A DNA stretch of 64,000 nucleotides from the NCBI GenBank assembly GCA_044223005.1, contig JBGAML010000005.1, positions 192,001 to 256,000 of the forward strand. Reading direction: 5' to 3'. The position numbers and the translations under genes are program-made. Positions 49,478 through 59,082 of the stretch are shown one piece after another (within the stretch, counting starts at the first letter, position 1; every line of letters starts with the position of its first letter). A model generated the notes under the pieces. It did no database searches, had not been told where the DNA came from, and saw only the letters and a program-made list of their open reading frames with translations. Source of the DNA: Candidatus Eiseniibacteriota bacterium. GTDB lineage: Bacteria > Eisenbacteria > RBG-16-71-46.

Positions 49478-51913
49478 ATGAGCAAGCGATACCCGTTCTC
49501 CGAAGTCGAGCCGCGCTGGCAGCGTTACTGGGTCGAGCGGAAGACCTTCGCCGCCCCCGACGTGTCGCCGAAGCCGAAGTTCTACTGCCTCGACATGTAC
49601 CCGTACCCCTCGGGCGCCGGCCTGCACGTGGGCCACATCGAGGGCTACACGGCGACGGACATCCTCAGCCGCTACAAGCGCATGAATGGCTTCAACGTCC
49701 TGCACTGCACCGGCTGGGACGCGTTCGGGCTGCCGGCCGAGCAGTACGCGGTCAAGACGGGCATCCACCCGGCGATCACGACGCGGCAGAACATCGACAA
49801 CTTCCGCCGGCAGATGCAGCGCGCGGGCCTGAGCTACGACTGGGATCGCGAGGTCGACACCACCGATCCGGACTACTACAAGTGGACGCAGTGGATCTTC
49901 CTCAAGCTCTACGAGCGCGGCCTGGCGTACGTCGCCGAGATCCCGGTCAACTGGTGCCCCGAGTTGGGCACGGTGCTCGCCAACGAGGAAGTCGTCGACG
50001 GCAAGAGCGAGGTCGGCGGCTTCGAGGTGATTCGCCAGCCGATGCGGCAGTGGGTGCTGAAGATCACCGAGTACGCCGACCGCCTGCTCGCCGACCTGAA
50101 GGACGTCGACTGGCCGAACGGCACGCTGATCATGCAGAAGGAGTGGATCGGCCGCTCCACCGGCGCCGAGGTCGACTTCGCGCTGGACGGAGTGCACGGC
50201 AACCTGCGCATCTTCACGACGCGCCCCGACACGCTCTTCGGCGCCACCTACATGGTGCTCGCGCCCGAGCACCCGCTGGTGAGCGTGCTGACGAGCCCGG
50301 CGCAGAAGGCCGCGGTCGACGCCTACGTCCAGGCGACGTCGCACAAGAGCGACCTGCAGCGGCAGCAGGACAAGCAGAAGACGGGAGTCTTCACCGGCGG
50401 CCACGCCGTCAATCCCGTCAACGGCAAGAAGCTGCCGATCTGGATCGCCGACTACGTGATGATGGGCTACGGCACCGGCGCGATCATGGCGGTCCCCGGC
50501 CACGACGAGCGCGACTGGGAGTTCGCGAAGACCTTCGGCCTGCCGATCGTCGAGGTCGTGAAGGGCGGCGACGTGCAGCAGGCCGCATTCACCGAGACGG
50601 ACGACGGCACGATCGTGAACTCCACGTCGCCCGACGGCGCGTTCTCGATCGACGGCCTGAAGCCCGTCGACGCGATCCCGAAGATCACGCAGTGGCTCGC
50701 CGCGAGAGGCGTCGGCCAGGAGGCCGTCAACTACAAGCTGCGCGACTGGCCGTTCTCACGGCAGCGCTACTGGGGCGAGCCGTTCCCGATCGTCTGGACC
50801 GATGGCGAACACCACCCGGTGCCCGAGAGCCAGCTGCCCATCCGCCTGCCCGAGCTCGAGAACTACAAGCCGAGCGGCACGGGGGAGAGCCCACTCGCGA
50901 ACGCCACCGAGTGGCTCAAGGCCACCGATCCCGCCACCGGCAAGCCCGCACGCCGCGAGACCAACACGATGCCCCAGTGGGCCGGCTCGTGCTGGTACTA
51001 CCTGCGCTTCCTCGACCCGAAGAACCCCGACCGCCTGGTCGACCCCAAGAAGGAGAAGTACTGGATGCCCGTCGACCTCTACGTCGGCGGCTCCGAACAC
51101 GCGGTGCTGCACCTGCTCTACGCGCGCTTCTGGCACAAGGTGCTCTACGACATCGGCGTCGTGAGCACACCCGAACCGTTCATGAAGCTGGTCCACCAGG
51201 GCATCATCCTGGGCGAGGACAATCGCAAGATGTCCAAGCGCTGGGGCAACGTGGTCGACCCGAACGACATGATCGACCAGTACGGCGCCGACGCGCTGCG
51301 CATCTACGAGATGTTCATGGGCCCGCTGGAGGCCATGAAGCCCTGGAGCAGCAAGAGCGTGGAAGGCATCACGCGCTTCCTCGACCGTGTCTGGCGGTTG
51401 TTCGTGAACGAGGACGGCAGCCTCACGCTCACGAACGAGCAGCCCAACGAGGCCATGCTGCGCACGCTGCACCAGACGATCCGCAAGGTCGGCGAGGACG
51501 TCGAAGCCCTCAAGTTCAACACCGCGATCGCGCAGATGATGGTCTTCGCGAACGAAATGAACCCGCAGCCCGGCCGTCCCAAGGCGATCCTCGAACCGTT
51601 CCTCAAGGTAATCGCGCCATTCGCGCCGCACCTCGCCGAAGAGCTCTGGGCACGAATGGGCCACAAGGACACGATCGCCTACGAACCCTGGCCCGCGTAC
51701 GACCCGAAGCTCTGCGAGGAGTCGCAGGTCACACTCGCCGTCCAGGTGAACGGCAAGCTGCGCGCGACGCTCGACTTCGCCAAGGGCGCCGACCAGGACA
51801 CCGTGCTCACCGCCGCCAAGGCCGACGAACGCGTCGCCAAGTACCTCGACGGCGCGACCATCCGCAAGGTGATCCACGTGAAGGACAAGCTGCTGAACCT
51901 CGTGGTCGGCTGA
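49478..51913 (+). CDS. leuS: Leucine--tRNA ligase
   Basis: [48 protein letters not shown]. Confidence 0.98.
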   Translation: MSKRYPFSEVEPRWQRYWVERKTFAAPDVSPKPKFYCLDMYPYPSGAGLHVGHIEGYTATDILSRYKRMNGFNVLHCTGWDAFGLPAEQYAVKTGIHPAITTRQNIDNFRRQMQRAGLSYDWDREVDTTDPDYYKWTQWIFLKLYERGLAYVAEIPVNWCPELGTVLANEEVVDGKSEVGGFEVIRQPMRQWVLKITEYADRLLADLKDVDWPNGTLIMQKEWIGRSTGAEVDFALDGVHGNLRIFTTRPDTLFGATYMVLAPEHPLVSVLTSPAQKAAVDAYVQATSHKSDLQRQQDKQKTGVFTGGHAVNPVNGKKLPIWIADYVMMGYGTGAIMAVPGHDERDWEFAKTFGLPIVEVVKGGDVQQAAFTETDDGTIVNSTSPDGAFSIDGLKPVDAIPKITQWLAARGVGQEAVNYKLRDWPFSRQRYWGEPFPIVWTDGEHHPVPESQLPIRLPELENYKPSGTGESPLANATEWLKATDPATGKPARRETNTMPQWAGSCWYYLRFLDPKNPDRLVDPKKEKYWMPVDLYVGGSEHAVLHLLYARFWHKVLYDIGVVSTPEPFMKLVHQGIILGEDNRKMSKRWGNVVDPNDMIDQYGADALRIYEMFMGPLEAMKPWSSKSVEGITRFLDRVWRLFVNEDGSLTLTNEQPNEAMLRTLHQTIRKVGEDVEALKFNTAIAQMMVFANEMNPQPGRPKAILEPFLKVIAPFAPHLAEELWARMGHKDTIAYEPWPAYDPKLCEESQVTLAVQVNGKLRATLDFAKGADQDTVLTAAKADERVAKYLDGATIRKVIHVKDKLLNLVVG

Positions 51914-51935
51914 GCCGACGGGGAGGAGCTCGAAC

Positions 51936-52427
51936 GTGCGCCGCCTCGTTGCGCTCACCGCCGCGGCAACGATCTGCCTGGCCTCGAGCAGCTGCCTGCC
52001 CGGGGAGCCCCGTGGCCGAGTCCACAATGGCCTCTCCATGAGCCAGGGCCCCGTCGGAACGTGGATCGGCGCTTCGGACAGCCTCCAGGTCGTCGTGACC
52101 GCCGCACCCGACAGCACCGTCGCCGTGCGCGGCTGGCTCCTGGGGTACGTGCGCTGCCGCAACGGGGTGCTTCAGTCGATGCCGGTGACGTTCTCCGACC
52201 AGGTCCGGTTGCAACCGCTGATCGTTCCGTCGGCCGGCGACTACACGGTGAGGGACACTCCAGACTCGCTGCACGTCGAGACGAAGTGGATTCTCGTCGG
52301 GTCAGACGAACGGACGTTCGGGCGCTTCACCGTGGTGATGCACGTGAGCGATCACGCCAGCGGCGCCTGCAACGACGACACGACGACGATCTCCGGCAGC
52401 GTGCAGCGCCTCACGCGAATCAAGTAG
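51936..52427 (+). CDS. Hypothetical lipoprotein
   Basis: GGAGGAG RBS, GTG start, signal ending LASSSC. Confidence 0.55.
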   Translation: MRRLVALTAAATICLASSSCLPGEPRGRVHNGLSMSQGPVGTWIGASDSLQVVVTAAPDSTVAVRGWLLGYVRCRNGVLQSMPVTFSDQVRLQPLIVPSAGDYTVRDTPDSLHVETKWILVGSDERTFGRFTVVMHVSDHASGACNDDTTTISGSVQRLTRIK

Positions 52428-52530
52428 CGCAGGCCGCGAAGACCAGCGCCGCGACGCCCGAGCCGAGGCGACGCGATGTGCGAGGTGGCAGGGGCAACGT
52501 CCCGGACCGCAGGGCATCCCAAACCCCGAG

Positions 52531-52577
52531 GATATTATGTGAGCCTCCGGCCTACGGCCGGAGGTTTACATAATATC
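52531..52577. repeat. 22-bp inverted repeat overlapping the dif-like site
   Basis: GATATTATGTGAGCCTCCGGCC-tac-GGCCGGAGGTTTACATAATATC; 20 Watson-Crick pairs + 2 G.T. Confidence 0.9.
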
Positions 52578-52590
52578 TATTATGCGACTT
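52563..52590 (-). other. XerCD dif-like recombination site
   Basis: Minus strand AAGTCGCATAA-TAGATA-TTATGTAAACC vs E. coli dif GGTGCGCATAA-TGTATA-TTATGTTAAAT; AT-rich intergenic patch. Confidence 0.85.
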
Positions 52591-52825
52591 CATTGAAACT
52601 GCCACCACCGCCGCATCCCGCCTTGCCGCGCCGTGCTTTCGCCTCCCTCGGCCGCGGCCCCTCTCGCCGCGAGCCCCTCTCGAGCCGCCTCGCGATCGCG
52701 CCACGCCGCCGAGCGCACGAGGTGCTAACCTGCGCGCGCACGCCGCCGGTGATCCATCCCGCCGAATCCCCCGGACGCGCGAATCGCTCCCGACCTCGTC
52801 CCCGAGCTCTCCGAGGAGATTCGCC

Positions 52826-53758
52826 ATGATCCGCCGTATCGCCGTCATCGCCGCGCTGGGCAGCTCGCTCGCGCTCGCCACTGCCGCCCGGGCCGCCGAG
52901 CCGTACCTCGGCGCCTGGGACGTCACCCTGAGCCGCCCGGCCGTAGACACGACCTGGCCGTGCTGGTTCCAGCTCGATCGCCTGCCGGGCGTCGGCCTCG
53001 TCATGACCTTCCAGGGCATGGCCAACGCGCCCGTGGCCGTGCGTGGCGTCCAGGCGCTGGACGACGGGCTGCGCTTCGAGGTCCCGAACTTCGGCACGTT
53101 CGTCGGCAAGCGCTCCGGCGACGGTTACGCCGGCACCATGGCACCGAGCATGGTCGACACGTCGGAGCACCTCGTCGTCGACTGGCGCGCCGTGCGTGCG
53201 CCGGGTCTCGACGCGCCCACAAAGGTCGCCTGGGGCGAACCGATCGCGCTCTTCGACGGCAAGTCGCTCGCGGGCTGGATCGGGCGCCGCGGCGGCAGCG
53301 GTGGCTGGGCAGCCAGCGGTGGCCTGCTGGTCAACGGCGATCTCGCCGGCGACCTCATGACGACGCAGCGCTTCTCGAACTTCAAGCTCCACCTGCAGTA
53401 CCGGCTGCAACCCGGCGAGGACAGCGGACTTCACCTGCGTGGCCGTTATGAGATCCAACTCACCGATCGCCCGGATCCGGCCGGTCCGCTGGGCGCCACG
53501 GGAGCCGTCTACGGGTTCTTCCCGCCCGCCCGCGATGCCGCGAAGCCCGCCGGCCAGTGGAACACGCTCGACGTCGAACTGGTCGGCCGCACGCTCACGG
53601 CGCGACTCAACGACGTGCTCATCCAGGACCACGTCGTCGTGCCGGGCATCACCGGCGACGCGCTGGATGCGAACGAGTCCGAACCCGGGCCGATCGTCCT
53701 GCAGGGCTACCTCGGCCGCATCGACTTCCGGGACATCGTCCTCACGCCGGCCCGCTGA
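52826..53758 (+). CDS. DUF1080 (3-keto-disaccharide hydrolase) family protein
   Basis: Signal peptide, LFDGKSLAGW, FSNFKL, DSG, YEIQ, GQWN, GPIVLQG, FRDI. Confidence 0.88.
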   Translation: MIRRIAVIAALGSSLALATAARAAEPYLGAWDVTLSRPAVDTTWPCWFQLDRLPGVGLVMTFQGMANAPVAVRGVQALDDGLRFEVPNFGTFVGKRSGDGYAGTMAPSMVDTSEHLVVDWRAVRAPGLDAPTKVAWGEPIALFDGKSLAGWIGRRGGSGGWAASGGLLVNGDLAGDLMTTQRFSNFKLHLQYRLQPGEDSGLHLRGRYEIQLTDRPDPAGPLGATGAVYGFFPPARDAAKPAGQWNTLDVELVGRTLTARLNDVLIQDHVVVPGITGDALDANESEPGPIVLQGYLGRIDFRDIVLTPAR

Positions 53759-53772
53759 TCCGGGCTCGCACA

Positions 53773-53802
53773 GGCGATACTGCACACTTGTGCAGTATCG
53801 CC
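53773..53802. promoter_or_regulatory. Perfect palindromic operator candidate
   Basis: GGCGATACTGCACA-CT-TGTGCAGTATCGCC, 22 nt before the radical SAM ATG. Confidence 0.6.
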
Positions 53803-53824
53803 CGCTTGCGGTACAAGGGCACTC

Positions 53825-54751
53825 ATGCGCCCCGAGTACCGCGAAGAACCCTGCCGCTCGGCCCTCAATCCCGTCCGCGGGATGCCGTTCGACTGGTCGC
53901 TCAACCCGTACATGGGCTGCGCCCACCGCTGCACGTTCTGCTACGTGCGCGCGTTCGAGCGCCGCGCCGACCGTCCGTGGGACGACCGCTACGGGCGCTC
54001 GATCCGCGTGAAGACGAACATCGCCGAGGTGCTGCGCCGCGAGCTCGCGCGCCGCACGTGGACGCGCGCCGAGGTGCAGGTCGGCGCCGCCACCGATCCC
54101 TACCAGCCGATCGAGGCGCGCTACCGGCTGACGCGCGCGTGCCTCGAGATGCTCGCCGAGGCGCGCAATCCCTTCGGCATCATCACGCGCGGACCGCTGG
54201 TCGTGCGTGACCTCGACGTGCTCGCCGCGGCGTCCGCGCGCACGGACGTGCGCGTGTACCTGTCCGTGCCGACGCTGGACGAGCGGCTCTGGCGCGCGAC
54301 CGAGCCCGGCACCGCGCCGCCGCGCGCGCGCCTGCGTGCCGTCGCGCGCCTCGCCGAAGCGGGCATCCGCGTCTCGGTGCTGGTCGCGCCGTTGATCCCG
54401 GGGCTCAGCGATTCCGATGCGTCGCTCGCGCAGGTCGTGCGCGAGGCGCGTGCCGCCGGCGCGGAGCGGCTCTCGGCGATCGTGCTCCACATGCAGCCCG
54501 GGACGCGCGAGCATTTCATGCAGACGTTGGGCGAAGAATGGCCCGAGGAACGCACGCGGCTCGAGGCGCTCTATGGCGCGCGCGGCTACCTGCCGGGCCG
54601 CACGCAGCAGCAGGTGACCGATCGCTTCGCGGCGATCCGCGCCCGCGTGCCACGCCGCGAGGGCCTCCCTCCCGCGATCCGGCCGGCTCCCCTCCCGGCG
54701 GCCGATCCCGAACCGCCCGCGTTCGCGCAGCAGCTCGGGCTGGCGCTCTGA
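53825..54751 (+). CDS. Radical SAM protein, SplB/Rv2578c-like
   Basis: SLNPYMGCAHRCTFCYVR (CxxxCxxC), TDPYQPIE, EPGTAPP..RL. Confidence 0.88.
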   Translation: MRPEYREEPCRSALNPVRGMPFDWSLNPYMGCAHRCTFCYVRAFERRADRPWDDRYGRSIRVKTNIAEVLRRELARRTWTRAEVQVGAATDPYQPIEARYRLTRACLEMLAEARNPFGIITRGPLVVRDLDVLAAASARTDVRVYLSVPTLDERLWRATEPGTAPPRARLRAVARLAEAGIRVSVLVAPLIPGLSDSDASLAQVVREARAAGAERLSAIVLHMQPGTREHFMQTLGEEWPEERTRLEALYGARGYLPGRTQQQVTDRFAAIRARVPRREGLPPAIRPAPLPAADPEPPAFAQQLGLAL

Positions 54752-54775
54752 CGCGCGCTGCGGCATCGTCGCCGC

Positions 54776-56143
54776 ATGCGCTCCGTCGATCCCGCCACGC
54801 TCGAAATCGTCACCGACGTCGAGGACCATTCGTCCGCGCAGGCGGCAGCGCTTCTCGCCGCGGCGGCAGCCGCGTTTCCGGCCTGGCGCGACGCCGGCAT
54901 CCCGGCGCGCGCCGCCGTGCTCCGACGCGCGGGCGCGCTGCTCCGCGAGCGGCGTGACGCGCTCGCCACGCTCGCCGTGCGCGAGATGGGCAAGCCGATC
55001 GCGCAGGCCGAGGCCGAGGTCGAGAAGTGCGCGGCCGCGTGCGAGTGGTTCGCCGAACACGCCGCGGCCGCGCTCGCGCCCGAGACGATCGCGAGTGACG
55101 CCACGCGCAGCGGCGTGCGCAACCTGCCGTTCGGCGTGGTGCTCGCGGTGATGCCGTGGAACTTCCCGTTCTGGCAGGTCGTCCGCGCCGCCACACCCGC
55201 GCTCGCGGCCGGCAACACGGTCGCGCTCAAGCACGCGTCCAACGTGCCCGGCGTCGCGCTCGCGATCGAAGCGCTGTTCCGCGACGCCGGCGCGCCTCCC
55301 GGCGTGTTCACCACGCTGCTCGTCGGCGCGCGCGACGTGCCGGCGCTGATCGCGCACCCGGCGATCGCGGCGGTGACGCTGACCGGCAGCGAAGCCGCGG
55401 GCCGCGAGGTGGCCGCGTGCGCGGGCCGCGCGCTCAAGCCCTGCGTGCTGGAGCTCGGCGGCTCGGATCCGTTCGTCGTGCTCGCCGACGCCGATCTCGA
55501 TGCGGTCGTGCCACTCGCCGTCACGGCGCGCGTGCAGAACAACGGCCAGAGCTGCATCGCGGCCAAGCGCTTCATCGTGGTCGAGCCGCTCGCCGACGCG
55601 TTCGCCGAACGCTTCGCGCGCGCCATGGACGCGCTCGTCGTGGGCGACCCATTGGACCGCGCGACGCAGGTGGGCCCGCTCGCGAAGCCGGAGTTCGTCG
55701 ACGACCTCGAGGACCAGGTGCGCCGCAGCATCGCCGCCGGTGCACGCCTGCTCGTCGGCGGCCGCCGGCCCCCGGGGCTCCGCGGTGCGTTCTACGCGCC
55801 GACCGTGCTCGCGGAGGTGCGCCCGGGCTGCCCGGCGTTCGACGAGGAGACGTTCGGCCCCGTGGCGCCGGTGATCCGTGCGCGCGATGACGCCGAGGCG
55901 CTCACGCTCGCCAACCATTCGCGCTTCGGGCTCGGCGCCAGCGTGTGGACGCGCGATGCGGCGCGCGGCGAAGCGTTCGCCGCGCGGATCGAAGCCGGAG
56001 CGGTGTTCGTCAACGGCATCGTGAAGTCGGATCCGCGGCTGCCGTTCGGCGGCATCAAGGCGTCGGGCTGGGGCCGCGAGCTGGGCGTCGCCGGCCTGCG
56101 CGCGTTCACGAACCTGCAGACCCACTGGGCGCGCGAAGCCTGA
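54776..56143 (+). CDS. NAD-dependent succinate-semialdehyde dehydrogenase family
   Basis: EMGKP, MPWNFPFWQ, LTGS, LELGGSD, GQSCIAAKR, EETFGP, PFGGIK. Confidence 0.92.
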   Translation: MRSVDPATLEIVTDVEDHSSAQAAALLAAAAAAFPAWRDAGIPARAAVLRRAGALLRERRDALATLAVREMGKPIAQAEAEVEKCAAACEWFAEHAAAALAPETIASDATRSGVRNLPFGVVLAVMPWNFPFWQVVRAATPALAAGNTVALKHASNVPGVALAIEALFRDAGAPPGVFTTLLVGARDVPALIAHPAIAAVTLTGSEAAGREVAACAGRALKPCVLELGGSDPFVVLADADLDAVVPLAVTARVQNNGQSCIAAKRFIVVEPLADAFAERFARAMDALVVGDPLDRATQVGPLAKPEFVDDLEDQVRRSIAAGARLLVGGRRPPGLRGAFYAPTVLAEVRPGCPAFDEETFGPVAPVIRARDDAEALTLANHSRFGLGASVWTRDAARGEAFAARIEAGAVFVNGIVKSDPRLPFGGIKASGWGRELGVAGLRAFTNLQTHWAREA

Positions 56144-56156
56144 TCGCGCGCGGCGC

Positions 56157-58277
56157 TCACGCGCTCCAGTGGGCCGCTTCCCAGTCCGGCCCCGGAACCA
56201 GCAGGCGCAGCACCTGCCCGGGCGGCAGGCTCTCCAGCCGCTCGCCCGCGCGCTCGACGTGCAGCAGCAGCTCCAGCGCCTGGCCCGGCGATGCGCCCAA
56301 CGCGGCCACCGGCAGCTCCGCTTCGAGCACGTCGTCGATCGCGACCGTGCCCACGGCCGCGCCGTCGTCGGCGAGCAGCGCACCGGTGCCCGGCACCAGA
56401 TGCTCGACGCGAAAACGCTTCGGCGCCGGCGCGACCAGCTCGATCACGAGCGAGGCGTCCGCGCCCGGCAGTTCGTCGCCCGCGAAGTCGAGCCGCAGGT
56501 AGAGCGCGCGCTCGTCGAAGCCGTAGTGCAACCCCGAAGCGATCGGCGCCGTCACGCGGTGCATCGACCCGCCTCCCGTGCCGAGCTTCCATGAGCCTGC
56601 GCCGTGCCACTCGTAGTAGCGGCTCATGCGCCCGTCGATCACCGGGTGCACGAACGCCGTCGGCTCGTGGTGCTCGGAACCCGCGCGCGGCGGCGCCGCG
56701 ACCGGCAGCGAAACCCAGGACGGCGAAGGGATTCCCGCACGCTCGTGTGCCGCCTGAAGGTGCGCCCGGAAGAGGCTGTCGAAAAGCGCCTTGTCGGCCG
56801 TGTAGTGGTCCTCGCCGAACCACCAGAACCAGTCCGAGCCCTCGGCCGCCGCGAGCGCCGACCAGGCCGCCGGATGGCTCGCGCGCGTCCTCCCCTGCGC
56901 CACCAGCGCCGCGCGCGTGCGCGCGAGCAGGTCCCACGCGCGATTCTTCTCGGCGTGGCCGGCCCAGATGTGGAAGTCGGCGTCGATCCACGAGCCCGAG
57001 TGCAGCTGCGGCAGCGTCGCGCGCACCGGGCCTTCGGCGAGCACCTCGGCGGGCGTGCGCGTGCGCACGTCGGGCGCCGCCTCGAGCGCGGCGTAGAGCT
57101 GCTCGAGGAATGGCCGGCCGTCCTCGGCGTAGTGCTCCCAGCAGTTCTCGCCGTCCAGGATCACGCACGCGACCGGCCGGCCTTCGCGCCCCGCGGCGCG
57201 GTGAGCCTCGGCGATGCGGCGCAGCTGGCGCATGAAGTCGGCGACCGCGTCGGCGGGCGACCACGTGCTGTAGACGAAGCCGATCCGGTCCGAGAGCTCG
57301 TGGTCGCGAAAGAAGAGCGCGATCTCGCCCGCCGGCGTCGCGAAGCGCCACGGCTGGTAGAGGTCTTCACGCTTCAGGCCCGCGATCGACCGCCAGAGCA
57401 CCATCTCGTCGGTGGCGATCCAGCGCACACCCGCGCCGGCCAGGATCTCGGCGGCCTCGGGGCTCACGCTGCCCTCGGACGGCCACATGCCCACGGGGCG
57501 GCGGCCGAACGTCTTCGCCGCCGCGTCGAGACCGTGCTCGACGTGCCAGCGGGCGTCCTCGGGCGCCGCGAACGGCTCGGAGGGCACCGGCAGGTCGGGC
57601 CGCGCGCGGCGGCCGGTCTTCACGTCGACGAGCAGCGGCAGGATCGGGTGGAACGCGGGCGAGCACGCGATCTCGACCTGGCCGCGTTCGGCCAGCGCCG
57701 CGTACGCCGGCACCACTTCGCGCAGCAGCGCCGCGTGCAGCGCGAGCAGCGCGTCACGCTCGGCTTCGCCCGCGCGCCCGGCTTCGGCCGCCGCGGCGGC
57801 GGCGAGCGCTTCGGGCCGGTCGAGCAGCAGCGGATCGAGCCACGCCAGCAGGAAGTACGCGACCAGCCGCAGCAGGTCGGCGTCGCCGGCCACTGCCGGC
57901 GCGCGCAGCTTCGTGCACAGCGACTGGTACGCGGGCCAGCGCTCGCGCGCCCAGCGCGGCGCCATGCGGGCGCGCGCCTGGAGCTCGGCGCGCTCGGACG
58001 CCGACAGGCCGGCGACGGGCCTCGCGAGCAGGTCGAACAGCGCGTCGGACCGCCCGGCGATCGCGCCCTCCAGCTGGTCGAGCAGCGAAGGCACGAAGTT
58101 GAAGGTCGCCTTGACGCGCGAATGGCGCTCCAGATGGAGCGCCATGTCGAGGTAGTCCTTCGTCGCGTGCAGCCGCACCCACGGCAGGAGCGCGCGGCCG
58201 TCGCGCGGGTGGCGGTAGTCCGGCTGGTGATGATGCCAGACGAAAACGAGATCGACGCCCGGGGTGTCGGGACTCAT
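56157..58277 (-). CDS. Glycoside hydrolase family 57 protein
   Basis: WHHHQP, PWVRLHATKDY, HPILPL, WPSEGSVS, ILDGENCWE, AEGSDWFWW. Confidence 0.93.
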   Translation of the reverse strand: MSPDTPGVDLVFVWHHHQPDYRHPRDGRALLPWVRLHATKDYLDMALHLERHSRVKATFNFVPSLLDQLEGAIAGRSDALFDLLARPVAGLSASERAELQARARMAPRWARERWPAYQSLCTKLRAPAVAGDADLLRLVAYFLLAWLDPLLLDRPEALAAAAAAEAGRAGEAERDALLALHAALLREVVPAYAALAERGQVEIACSPAFHPILPLLVDVKTGRRARPDLPVPSEPFAAPEDARWHVEHGLDAAAKTFGRRPVGMWPSEGSVSPEAAEILAGAGVRWIATDEMVLWRSIAGLKREDLYQPWRFATPAGEIALFFRDHELSDRIGFVYSTWSPADAVADFMRQLRRIAEAHRAAGREGRPVACVILDGENCWEHYAEDGRPFLEQLYAALEAAPDVRTRTPAEVLAEGPVRATLPQLHSGSWIDADFHIWAGHAEKNRAWDLLARTRAALVAQGRTRASHPAAWSALAAAEGSDWFWWFGEDHYTADKALFDSLFRAHLQAAHERAGIPSPSWVSLPVAAPPRAGSEHHEPTAFVHPVIDGRMSRYYEWHGAGSWKLGTGGGSMHRVTAPIASGLHYGFDERALYLRLDFAGDELPGADASLVIELVAPAPKRFRVEHLVPGTGALLADDGAAVGTVAIDDVLEAELPVAALGASPGQALELLLHVERAGERLESLPPGQVLRLLVPGPDWEAAHWSA

Positions 58278-58302
58278 CGCGCGTCCATGCGCCCGGGGCG
58301 CG

Positions 58303-58971
58303 TCAGTGACCGGTCGCGCCGAGTTCGGCGATCTGCACGCGCGCCGGATTGGCGTAGCTCGTCTCGCCGAAATCGTCGACGAGCTTCTGCAGCTTCGCCG
58401 CCGCGCCCGCACGGTCGCCCGTCGCGAGCAGGCAGCGCGCCTCCGCGGCGAGCATCTCGGCGCTCGTCTCGCGATCGAACACGCCGACGAGCGCGTCGTA
58501 CGTCTTGGCCGCCTCGGCGTACTGCTTGTCGCTGTCGAGCGAGTACGCGAGGCTGCGGCGCACGCTCTGCGCGAACACGCCGCTGCTCTTCTTGGCGAGG
58601 TACGCCTTGTACTCGGTGACCGCGCCCTTGAAGTCGCCGCGCCAGTAGGCCGCGTCACCGGAGATGCGGTGCGCGTCGATGCCGCTCGGCGTCGAACCCC
58701 ACTGCTTGGTCACTTCCCCGGCCGTCGAGCGGGCGCGATCGTAATCGCCCTGCCAGAACAGCATGTCGGCCTCGGCCAGCTTCTTGGACGCGAGGTTCTC
58801 CTGGGCCGCGCTCTGCCGGATCGTGTAGAAGGCGACGCCCGCGACGACGACGATGGCACCGATCACGCCCAGCGCGATGCGCCCGTAGCGTTCCCAGAGC
58901 CCCGTGACCTTGTCCAAAGCCTCCGCGCCCGGGTCGTCCAGCGCGTGCGTCTTCCGCGTCTCCAGCGACAA
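58303..58971 (-). CDS. TPR membrane protein (YfgM-like)
   Basis: GGAGG + TTG start, single TM, TPR-like helices. Confidence 0.75.
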   Translation of the reverse strand: MSLETRKTHALDDPGAEALDKVTGLWERYGRIALGVIGAIVVVAGVAFYTIRQSAAQENLASKKLAEADMLFWQGDYDRARSTAGEVTKQWGSTPSGIDAHRISGDAAYWRGDFKGAVTEYKAYLAKKSSGVFAQSVRRSLAYSLDSDKQYAEAAKTYDALVGVFDRETSAEMLAAEARCLLATGDRAGAAAKLQKLVDDFGETSYANPARVQIAELGATGH

Positions 58972-59042
58972 GCGAAACCTCCAGGACAGCGACCGAATCG
59001 TCGGGGTGATCCGCGGGGCCAACCCACGGTAAGCGACGGAAA

Positions 59043-59072
59043 ACAGTACCGGGCAAGCGTCTCGGGCGTCAA
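59043..59072 (-). promoter_or_regulatory. Putative sigma70 promoter for TPR-GH57
   Basis: Minus strand TTGACG-18bp-TACTGT. Confidence 0.5.
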
Positions 59073-59082
59073 GCCGGCCCGC

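Noticed and set aside
50741..50775. Leu[13 protein letters not shown] (Pro where a hydrophobic residue is usual)
   Set aside because: Single-base difference; cannot separate a variant from a sequencing error
52580..56383. 1267-aa minus-strand ORF, plus similar long ORFs such as 14129-17131 (-) and 48820-52041 (+)
   Set aside because: Shadow frames of well-supported genes in high-GC DNA; Arg/Ala/Gly-rich with no motifs
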